From positions 32,001 through 96,000 of the IMG/VR virus record IMGVR_UViG_3300027749_000062: DNA of 64,000 nucleotides, one strand, 5' to 3'. Below are positions 57,357 through 64,000 of this stretch, piece by piece. The number at the start of each line of letters is the position of its first letter. Position 1 is the first letter of the stretch. Below the pieces are notes generated by a model, which was given only the letters and a program-made list of their open reading frames with translations, did no database searches and was not told the origin of the DNA. A program made the translations under genes and the position numbers. This DNA is from a virus.

Positions 57357-57907
57357 TATATTGTTTGAAACCAATTCGGAACATTACGGGAATTAATCTT
57401 ACCACGCCATGAGGCTAGGTGCGTCTTATTATTTATATAGTAATTGTGATATGATGCCATAGAATCACCTGGAATTTTTACTTCATCAGGCATTGCAGGT
57501 GTGGGACCTGTAAAATCACCTTTTGGTATATTATTTGGTATCATTTTAAGGTCGGGTATCAATCTAGCACAAGCATGGATTTTGCCATAACGATATGTGA
57601 ATTCTTTAAGGAGTTCGCACCACAAAGTATACAACCACACATAGTTTTTATCTGATTGTCGAGACCAGATTGCGGATGGATGATTCTGCATAGTAGGTTT
57701 CATAAGACGAGTTTCACGCTCATCAGGCAATCGCCATGCTTTGATTGACCTATTGTTTGCTGTTAATCTACGATATTCTTCGCCGTCAAGTACACGGTGA
57801 GATGTAGATAACAACTGAGCATATTCAATAACCATTTTGCAAACATGTTTATCAACGTGCATTTCTGCACAAATTTTTGGATCGTTGTCGAGGTAAAAGA
57901 TATTCAT
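57356..57907 (-). CDS. Pyrimidine-dimer DNA glycosylase-like (DenV-related) protein
   Basis: 183 aa. MNIFYLD.DP..CA..H.DKHV.KM..EYAQLLST.HR, NHPS..W, E.T.RYGK.H, AMPD motifs. Confidence 0.8.
   Translation of the reverse strand: MNIFYLDNDPKICAEMHVDKHVCKMVIEYAQLLSTSHRVLDGEEYRRLTANNRSIKAWRLPDERETRLMKPTMQNHPSAIWSRQSDKNYVWLYTLWCELLKEFTYRYGKIHACARLIPDLKMIPNNIPKGDFTGPTPAMPDEVKIPGDSMASYHNYYINNKTHLASWRGKINSRNVPNWFQTI
57379..57438. repeat. 60-bp direct repeat, copy B (current 3' region of the glycosylase gene; contains TATAAATA)
   Basis: 58/60 identical to 56711-56770. Confidence 0.95.
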
Positions 57908-58179
57908 AATATCATTCTTAATAGTCCGATAGAGTCGATGGTGACCAATAGGAAATAATTAGCAAGCATACCAAAGGAACGCCGAGTATAAGCGCACCCA
58001 GCGTATATAAGACAACCTGTAATCCAGATTGGGTACATGATAAGAAGGGGAGGATTAGGCACGGTGAGGGCCATAGTGATAGCACAACCAACAGATAAAG
58101 CCCAAGCAAGGATCTCAAAATAAAAACGTACTCTATTGCTTTCGTAATCATTACTAATCCATTTTAAAATATTACTCAT
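57904..58179 (-). CDS. Small membrane protein (about 3 TM helices)
   Basis: Hydrophobic throughout. Start placed at MSNILKW. Confidence 0.65.
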   Translation of the reverse strand: MSNILKWISNDYESNRVRFYFEILAWALSVGCAITMALTVPNPPLLIMYPIWITGCLIYAGCAYTRRSFGMLANYFLLVTIDSIGLLRMIL

Positions 58180-58444
58180 CAAATACTGTAGACCATTTTT
58201 TAAGTTTGTGAATTTTGTTTTCTTGTGCTTCAAGCACCTTGACAGGATTAATAATTTTCAAATCATAACAAATGTAAACCATAGCCATCAGGTCACCAAT
58301 TTCTTCTTCTAGGTGTTCACGATTAGTTTTATTTGTGTTTGGCTTGATGTTATCGAGGCCAAACCTAAAACACTTACTAATCGCTTGTATCACCTCTGCA
58401 CATTCTTCTTGTGCAATTAACAATACTTCGCGGTTATTATCCAT
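58172..58444 (-). CDS. MazG-like NTP pyrophosphohydrolase
   Basis: 90 aa. EECAEVIQAISK..RFG, L.EEIGDL.AM motifs. Confidence 0.75.
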   Translation of the reverse strand: MDNNREVLLIAQEECAEVIQAISKCFRFGLDNIKPNTNKTNREHLEEEIGDLMAMVYICYDLKIINPVKVLEAQENKIHKLKKWSTVFDE

Positions 58445-58758
58445 TATTCAAGACCAGCAGTAGTATTACCCATAGTTACTTTCGGTGGGCGGCCTGGACC
58501 ACGGCGTTCTTCTTGCGGTTGCATTCTTTGAATTCGTGTTGCAATGTCTTCAGGTGTTACTGTCTGCAATGCAAATTGTTGGAACATTGTATAAGAATCT
58601 GTAACCTTCATAGAGTTTTTACCACCAACTGCCGCAGCATCAGGGAAAAACAGATTACAACCACCTTCACGCAGCGGTGCAATTTCTAGAATTGAATCTA
58701 GATTGATAATTACTTTGGTGTTTTTTTCAACAGAAAATACTTCGATAAATGTGCTCAT
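58444..58758 (-). CDS. Hypothetical protein (C-terminal AT-hook-like RGPGRP)
   Basis: 104 aa ORF in the operon. Confidence 0.6.
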   Translation of the reverse strand: MSTFIEVFSVEKNTKVIINLDSILEIAPLREGGCNLFFPDAAAVGGKNSMKVTDSYTMFQQFALQTVTPEDIATRIQRMQPQEERRGPGRPPKVTMGNTTAGLE

Positions 58759-58789
58759 AATATTCTTTCAAGTTAGTTGTGGGTTGTAT

Positions 58790-58969
58790 TTATTCGTCTT
58801 TGCCCTTAGCATTTACACCCATCTGTTGTCGTTCGGATGTTGAAGCAATGTATTGAGCTTGAATCATATTTTGTTTAAATGCGTTGCGTTGTTCTTTATT
58901 CACAAATGGCAATAGCGCAATCATAGTTTTGTTTCTTTTAGATAGTTTAAAAGTGGAAGGGGTTTTCAT
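58790..58969 (-). CDS. Hypothetical protein (59 aa)
   Basis: Below the ORF-track cutoff. MKTPSTFKLSKETKTMIA...FKQNMIQAQ; fills the gap. Confidence 0.6.
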   Translation of the reverse strand: MKTPSTFKLSKRNKTMIALLPFVNKEQRNAFKQNMIQAQYIASTSERQQMGVNAKGKDE

Positions 58970-59204
58970 ATAATCCTAAAAAGTGGTTAGCAAGATACAG
59001 TATAACACAAAGACAAACGATTGTCAAGGTCTTATATCCTAAGGATACCATTTCATCATGGTAATAATCAACTTCTAATTCCAAGAAATCTCTTTGGCCT
59101 AGAAGCATAGGTTGACATTCATCTTCACCACCCATCATTAGGATAGTTTTTTTGGCTTCACGCAACCTATTCTTCGCCTCAAAATAATTAAATATCGATT
59201 TCAT
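58947..59204 (-). CDS. Hypothetical membrane protein
   Basis: 85 aa with a C-terminal TM segment. Confidence 0.55.
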   Translation of the reverse strand: MKSIFNYFEAKNRLREAKKTILMMGGEDECQPMLLGQRDFLELEVDYYHDEMVSLGYKTLTIVCLCVILYLANHFLGLYENPFHF

Positions 59205-59475
59205 TAACTAGACCATTACTATGTTTGTTTGTGTGTGCATCAACATCTTGAAACAGGCGTTTTTCTTGTTGTGTTGGTTCTTTAAATACTTTGCGTGGAT
59301 TACCACACATTACACAATTTGGATTGCCACAATTCATTGCATGTTTCTTGGCAAACTTATGTGGTTCTTTAACCTGAACACCAAATGCTTTGGCAATTTT
59401 AGCCTGTTTGTTTACAGCATTCTCATCTTTGAGTAGGCGTTTGCTGTGTTTGAATTTGTCATCCTTGTGGCTCAT
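59188..59475 (-). CDS. Hypothetical basic protein with Cys/His cluster
   Basis: 95 aa. H...CG.P.C.MCGNPRK motif. Confidence 0.65.
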   Translation of the reverse strand: MSHKDDKFKHSKRLLKDENAVNKQAKIAKAFGVQVKEPHKFAKKHAMNCGNPNCVMCGNPRKVFKEPTQQEKRLFQDVDAHTNKHSNGLVNEIDI

Positions 59476-59602
59476 TTTTCACCGCCTTTTGATAGTTATA
59501 TAATTTTATATAGTACGCAAAACGAATTGGTTCATGTATAGGATTAGGCAGTTTATCACCAAACATTTCAACCAATTCACGACCAATCATGTTATAGTCC
59601 AT
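59459..59602 (-). CDS. Hypothetical protein (47 aa)
   Basis: Below the ORF-track cutoff. MDYNMIG...LPNPIHEP.RFAYY.KLY. Confidence 0.55.
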   Translation of the reverse strand: MDYNMIGRELVEMFGDKLPNPIHEPIRFAYYIKLYNYQKAVKNEPQG

Positions 59603-60279
59603 CAATCCCAAAGACCTCTGTAGTAACGGCCAAATAGAAGCATAGCATTGTCAATACGATCCGAATGTGCCTTGTAACCTTCAGCATCAAAATGACTGGT
59701 ATCTTTATCCGTTTTCTTCATTTCAAACATACCATTGTCTAATTTAATCCATTCACTGTCATGTACACCGGTATGGTATTGAGCATCCCAATCACAATCA
59801 GGATGTTCCTGTTCAAAACCCCAAATGATTTCATCAAGTACCCAATCCCAGCGCTTGAAATGGTTTTCATCGGTGTCCCACTCATTTTCTTTAGGTGGTG
59901 CTTCAGTGGAACGGAGATTCAAACCTTCAGGTACATCTTCATCACGAACATATGGTGCACCGTGTTTTTTATCTCTTAGTTGTTTCAACATTGGCAAAAT
60001 AATCAAAGCCAATGTTCCATCCATGTTCCAAGTATCCCAACTATCAATCTTTACCTTGACAGTTTGTTTTCTTTTTGAATGTACCCAGTGGCAAAACTTA
60101 GACAGAAGTGATTCCTCACCTTTGCTGTTTTTACTTAAGCGTTTACCAAATTCGTGTACCCAATCTGGTTTATCTTTAAAGCCATGTTCATCTTTTACTG
60201 GTTTGACCCAAAAGCAAAGCATATCTGCAATTTGATATGGGCCAATCCAATCGATATAAGGACCAATTTTAATTTTCAT
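59602..60279 (-). CDS. Conserved phage hypothetical protein
   Basis: 225 aa. WDTWNMD.TLA.IILPMLKQL...KHGAP, RWDWVLDE, LFG.YY..LWD. Confidence 0.75.
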   Translation of the reverse strand: MKIKIGPYIDWIGPYQIADMLCFWVKPVKDEHGFKDKPDWVHEFGKRLSKNSKGEESLLSKFCHWVHSKRKQTVKVKIDSWDTWNMDGTLALIILPMLKQLRDKKHGAPYVRDEDVPEGLNLRSTEAPPKENEWDTDENHFKRWDWVLDEIIWGFEQEHPDCDWDAQYHTGVHDSEWIKLDNGMFEMKKTDKDTSHFDAEGYKAHSDRIDNAMLLFGRYYRGLWD

Positions 60280-60294
60280 ATTATTCCCTTTATG

Positions 60295-60792
60295 TTATTT
60301 GATAAACCAGTTTTTCTCACAATCACTTTTTGAAAGATTCATATATTGCATACAATCAAGAATATAAGATTTAGGAGCTTCATTCAAAATATATTCAATC
60401 TCTTTAGTTTTGGCTACAGGTTTTTTAGTTGCAATTTCAACTTCTTTTTCGAGTTCATCCAAATCGGGAGCCTTGATTACTTTGGTTTTATAAGCACTTA
60501 CATCTAAATTGAAAGAATTTTCTACATTTTTGCTTTCATATTTGATTTCACTCTGTTCTTCGGCAAATTTAGGATTTTGTATAACAGTTGAAATACAAGT
60601 GGAACCAAATATATCTGGTTGATTCTTCTCTTTCTTAAATTTATCTAATATAGATTTTTTATCTCTTTCAAGAATCCTTGCACAGGATGAAGGTGTTCTA
60701 TAATAAGATGTATATTCAGATTGCATAAACTGACAATTTCCGCCAGAAGAAATGAAACACATCCAAAAAACTGGCATGTAAATAAAATACAT
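60295..60792 (-). CDS. Hypothetical protein, possibly exported, Cys-containing
   Basis: 165 aa with a hydrophobic N-terminus. Confidence 0.55.
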   Translation of the reverse strand: MYFIYMPVFWMCFISSGGNCQFMQSEYTSYYRTPSSCARILERDKKSILDKFKKEKNQPDIFGSTCISTVIQNPKFAEEQSEIKYESKNVENSFNLDVSAYKTKVIKAPDLDELEKEVEIATKKPVAKTKEIEYILNEAPKSYILDCMQYMNLSKSDCEKNWFIK

Positions 60793-60794
60793 TT

Positions 60795-61127
60795 TTATTG
60801 GATGTAAGGTTCGCAGTTAACAGACACAGGCACCAAAATCTTACCTGCTTCTGCGCGGACAGAAACATAAGTCACGCGAGGACGCAATTTAGAAAGAACA
60901 CATTCACGGGAATGCATCGCTAGTTCGTTAGAATCCATTGCTTCTGGACCTTTATAGTTCTGCAACTTGTAGGTATCTGTTTCAACAGGCTTAGGCATAT
61001 TGACAATGACAGTAGGTGCAGCTGCTTCTTTTGCGGGCACATTTACTTCCCATGCTGTTTTATGTGCTGTAGAACAACCGGTAACAAGAACAACAGCAGC
61101 AACAGCTGCAAACAATTTAACTTTCAT
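60795..61127 (-). CDS. Lipoprotein
   Basis: MKVKLFAAVAAVVLVTG-C lipobox. Confidence 0.7.
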   Translation of the reverse strand: MKVKLFAAVAAVVLVTGCSTAHKTAWEVNVPAKEAAAPTVIVNMPKPVETDTYKLQNYKGPEAMDSNELAMHSRECVLSKLRPRVTYVSVRAEAGKILVPVSVNCEPYIQ

Positions 61128-61141
61128 AATATACTCACTTT

Positions 61142-61360
61142 TCACAAAAAACGACCAGTATGGTCACTAACAAACTTTCGCACCATTGCATCATATGGTT
61201 TACCAAGATACATTGCTTCCCAAATCAAACGCAATTCTTCATCTGGTTCACTGAAATGGCCATCAGAATCACTTACCGTATAACCTTTACGCTCAATATA
61301 CTCAATTATATCATCAATTTCAAAATCATCCAATTCAACATCAACATTAATATAAGGCAT
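61142..61360 (-). CDS. Hypothetical acidic protein
   Basis: 72 aa ORF in the operon. Confidence 0.6.
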   Translation of the reverse strand: MPYINVDVELDDFEIDDIIEYIERKGYTVSDSDGHFSEPDEELRLIWEAMYLGKPYDAMVRKFVSDHTGRFL

Positions 61361-61362
61361 GA

Positions 61363-61620
61363 TTATGCTCCGAATGTAATCGACTTAACAGATTCAATAC
61401 TGAATGCACGCCAGCCTTTAATGTCCAAATCAAACACAGCAACCGATGTTTCAGATTTAGAACGCTGTGTAGTTTCAGTTGATTCAGGCAGGTCTTTGAC
61501 AGGCAACCATTCAGGCATAAGTGTACAACGCATATTGCGGTCAGTACCATCTTTTTTAACGAAAGCCACTGTCACAACTTGGTCATTTAGCAATTCTTCA
61601 AACCATTTACGATTCATCAT
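61363..61620 (-). CDS. SH3/Sm-like WYL_2 (DUF2693)-type protein
   Basis: 85 aa. V.F.KKDGT.R.M.CTL...VFDLD..GWR.F. Confidence 0.75.
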   Translation of the reverse strand: MMNRKWFEELLNDQVVTVAFVKKDGTDRNMRCTLMPEWLPVKDLPESTETTQRSKSETSVAVFDLDIKGWRAFSIESVKSITFGA

Positions 61621-61631
61621 ATATCCTCTAT

Positions 61632-61862
61632 TTACAATTTACTCTTAATACTATTGATTAGGTCATTTGCCTGGGCAAAATTCCCGTCCTCGGGACCATC
61701 ATAACACAAAATCTTACGGTTGTCAAGCTCTTCGCTGTACATTTTCAAAAGTTCGGTTGCATATTCCTTGTCCGGCATAGGGGCCAACAACCACCACGCA
61801 AGTAGTGTCATTTCATCCAAACTCAATAGGTAATGTAGGTTTTTGCGGTCTCTTTTTTTCAT
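61632..61862 (-). CDS. Hypothetical protein
   Basis: Start placed at MKKRDRKNL (ATGA overlap). Confidence 0.55.
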   Translation of the reverse strand: MKKRDRKNLHYLLSLDEMTLLAWWLLAPMPDKEYATELLKMYSEELDNRKILCYDGPEDGNFAQANDLINSIKSKL

Positions 61863-62095
61863 TTGCGGAATCCATGTTTTCGTAGTAGATAATTGCCAAT
61901 TAAAAGAAAAAACGTCCATGCAGCGAACCAATAATGGCCTTTTGTAAGGGAATCTAATGTACCCATTATCAAGATTCCTATTACACACCAAGTAATCTCT
62001 ACATTGTTTTCTTCATACCATTGCATGAAAGATTTTGAATTGGTCATATCATCTTCAATTTTATCGGCAATCTGACGTTTTCTCCAACCATTCAT
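61859..62095 (-). CDS. Small membrane protein (2 TM)
   Basis: 78 aa with two hydrophobic segments. Confidence 0.6.
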   Translation of the reverse strand: MNGWRKRQIADKIEDDMTNSKSFMQWYEENNVEITWCVIGILIMGTLDSLTKGHYWFAAWTFFLLIGNYLLRKHGFRK

Positions 62096-62445
62096 ACAGT
62101 CTCCAATTCTTCTGTTACAATATGCGTTACGATAGGTTCCTCACGGACAACAGGTGTCACAGTAGTAGGTCGACCAATATATCGTCCTTCTGCATTAAAC
62201 TCATTACAATTCTTTAATTGATATGCGGTGACATTGCGACCTGTCTTGAATACTTTAATCACGCCACCATCACGACGGATATTGTATATATTAGTCGGCA
62301 ACCGATACAGGACTGCTTCTTGGTCTGTGCCTTTGAAGCACGCCTTAATATCATCTGGTGATACAGGCAGACCTGACAATAGAACAACGGTAATTTTTTC
62401 GTGGCGATTTTGTTTGCCAGTGCGTACTTTAAGTTTTGTAGCCAT
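62092..62445 (-). CDS. Hypothetical protein (possible winged helix)
   Basis: Start placed at MATKL. YRL...IYNIR..GG.I...K.GR.V..YQL. Confidence 0.6.
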   Translation of the reverse strand: MATKLKVRTGKQNRHEKITVVLLSGLPVSPDDIKACFKGTDQEAVLYRLPTNIYNIRRDGGVIKVFKTGRNVTAYQLKNCNEFNAEGRYIGRPTTVTPVVREEPIVTHIVTEELETV

Positions 62446-62460
62446 AATATATTCTTTCAA

Positions 62461-63639
62461 TTAAAAGGGAATTTCTTCATCAGATGCCGGTGCAATTGGT
62501 TTTGCAGGCGCCGATACTGGTTCAGGTTCAGGTGCATGGACTTTTGCATCGACTTTGCTATACAGGTCAAGGAATGCAGTCTTAGTTTCTTCATCGAAAC
62601 GATTAACACACAAGGTGATAGCCTTCATACGGTCATTGAAAATCGTATATGCTCGTGCAATGTGAACCAAACGGCGAGTAGAAATGATTTCATCAGTACC
62701 GCCTTCTTTGAATGTCTTACGAACTGTATCAGCCCATGACACCAAGCAGGTAACAAAATCTTCTTCAGCAATCAAAGGCTTCAGAATCTTTGTCTCAGTC
62801 TTAACATCAGGATAATCCTGTTCGACTGTAATAGGGAAGCGTTCAAGGAATGCATCATCAAGAATTTGTGACAGATACTTACCTTCATCTGAACCACGAC
62901 CTTTGGTGTTCGCAGTAGCAATGATGTTGAAACCGGTTTTAGGATGTACCAACTCACCAGATTTTTTGTTGTAGTAAGGTTTGCCTTCAAGAATACCTTG
63001 CAAGCACATTAGTTTGTTTGAACCACGGTCAACTTCATCGATTAGAAGGACTGCACCACGTTTCATAGCAATAATGACAGGACCATCACGGTTGACGACA
63101 TTGCCGTTGACAAGAGTAGGACCACCCAACAGGTCTGATTCATCAGTTTCAATAGAAATGTTAACACGGATGCACTCACGCTGGAGCTCAGCGCATACTT
63201 GTTCAACCATAAGTGTTTTGCCGTTGCCAGAATGACCAGTAACAAACACGGGATAAAACATAGAAGACTTAACAATATTGCGAAGGTCTTTAAAGAAACC
63301 AAAAGGGACATAATCAGGATACTTTACAGGAATAGAGGTGTCAGATTCATCAACCAGTTTAGGTTGGCGAAATGAAAGGACTTGACCAACTGCCATATCA
63401 ACAGTTTCAAGCTCAGGTTCTTTTGCTTTCATAGATACAAGACCTGGAATAAAGGGAACAATATACTGACCACGACCTGCACGGTGTTCAGCTTTAGTAA
63501 CTAACCAAAAGGGATAGGTGCAACCAGATTCTTCTACAACATCAGAAATTTGGTCACGGGAAATAATTGCACCAACACCATACTTTTGTGTAGCTGCTGC
63601 AATAAACTCTTTTTGATTCTTATTCATCATTTTCTCCAT
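62461..63639 (-). CDS. cobS: CobS-like MoxR-family AAA+ ATPase
   Basis: 392 aa. GHSGNGKT, RVNI..ETDE.DL.GG, LLIDEVD, ATANTKG.GS..G, AFLERF, ISTRRLVHI motifs. Confidence 0.9.
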   Translation of the reverse strand: MEKMMNKNQKEFIAAATQKYGVGAIISRDQISDVVEESGCTYPFWLVTKAEHRAGRGQYIVPFIPGLVSMKAKEPELETVDMAVGQVLSFRQPKLVDESDTSIPVKYPDYVPFGFFKDLRNIVKSSMFYPVFVTGHSGNGKTLMVEQVCAELQRECIRVNISIETDESDLLGGPTLVNGNVVNRDGPVIIAMKRGAVLLIDEVDRGSNKLMCLQGILEGKPYYNKKSGELVHPKTGFNIIATANTKGRGSDEGKYLSQILDDAFLERFPITVEQDYPDVKTETKILKPLIAEEDFVTCLVSWADTVRKTFKEGGTDEIISTRRLVHIARAYTIFNDRMKAITLCVNRFDEETKTAFLDLYSKVDAKVHAPEPEPVSAPAKPIAPASDEEIPF

Positions 63640-63769
63640 CTACTGTCAGACCCAATGTAGCCTGCACTTGTTTAATATCAACTTCCAACATCAATGCAAT
63701 TTCATCAGTATCATAACCATTATTAGCCATGTCTTGAATCTCTGCATAAACATCTTTCATCCTTGCCAT
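63620..63769 (-). CDS. Small acidic hypothetical protein (49 aa)
   Basis: Below the ORF-track cutoff. GGAG RBS directly after the promoter; MARMKDVYAEIQDM... Confidence 0.6.
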   Translation of the reverse strand: MARMKDVYAEIQDMANNGYDTDEIALMLEVDIKQVQATLGLTVDGENDE

Positions 63770-63791
63770 ACAATCTCCAGTTAAAAATTAC

Positions 63792-63820
63792 ATTATACAC
63801 CACTTTGTGGTATTTGTCAA
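63792..63820 (-). promoter_or_regulatory. Consensus sigma70 (early) promoter
   Basis: TTGACA-aataccacaaagtggtg (17 nt)-TATAAT; the spacer holds the inverted repeat ACCAC-AAA-GTGGT. Confidence 0.9.
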
Positions 63821-63834
63821 GCACTTTTTTGGTT

Positions 63835-64000
63835 TCAGCCCTTGACAATATCGAAACTCAGTATAGGATGGCGGTGTCCCTGATTGAACATAGGTGCTCT
63901 AGTGGTTTCTTTCCATGTCCAGATTTCCTTAAAACCTTCCTTCAATGTAGGAGGTTCATATCCTTGGATCATATTATCAATTACATCCACAGGAATAACT
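63835..64000 (-). CDS. 3' end of a P-loop kinase (AAA_33/polynucleotide kinase-like), 5'-partial
   Basis: Translates to ...VIPVDVIDNMIQGYEPPTLKEGFKEIW..., the typical C-terminus of this family. Confidence 0.6.
   Translation of the reverse strand, partial: VIPVDVIDNMIQGYEPPTLKEGFKEIWTWKETTRAPMFNQGHRHPILSFDIVKG

Noticed and set aside
1-64000. Stop-codon reassignment
   Set aside because: Core genes are full length in the standard code. The split genes change frame or have their own RBS instead of being joined by in-frame stops.

Overview
A 64-kb segment of a large T4-like (Tevenvirinae-related) myophage, probably aquatic. The host is Gram-negative, judging by the phage-encoded outer-membrane beta-barrel and lipoprotein. 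Positions 1-19.3 kb (minus strand) hold a very large modular tail-fibre/adhesin cluster: Gly-rich tips, LamG/SPRY domains, ANSAY heptad-repeat stalks and an S74-chaperoned fibre. Positions 19.3-49 kb hold the baseplate/tail module: a split VrlC/DUF4815-like protein, gp8, gp7, gp6, gp25, a three-piece gp5, a hub protein, gp53, gp48, gp4, gp2, a tube protein, gp26, gp51 and two paralogous tape-measure-like proteins. Positions 49-64 kb hold replication and accessory genes: gp32, gp59, gp33, a SleB hydrolase, an OMP, an exonuclease, PhoH, a 2OG oxygenase, a DenV-like glycosylase, a MazG-like protein and a CobS-like AAA ATPase. Five observations stand out. (1) A circularly permuted two-piece tmRNA gene (tag ANDSAYRLAA) lies in one transcript with two anticodon-less tRNA-like elements. 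(2) A giant baseplate protein is split mid-domain, and the first half ends in a PPPP-GGGGGG-KIIC(T) putative self-processing domain with a hydrophobic tail. (3) A 2OG-oxygenase cassette is flanked by a 60-bp direct repeat that replaces the 3' end of the upstream gene and duplicates a late promoter. (4) The fibre genes share plug/socket terminal modules. (5) gp5 is in three genes and lacks lysozyme. All calls come from reading sequence motifs by eye; no database searches were run.
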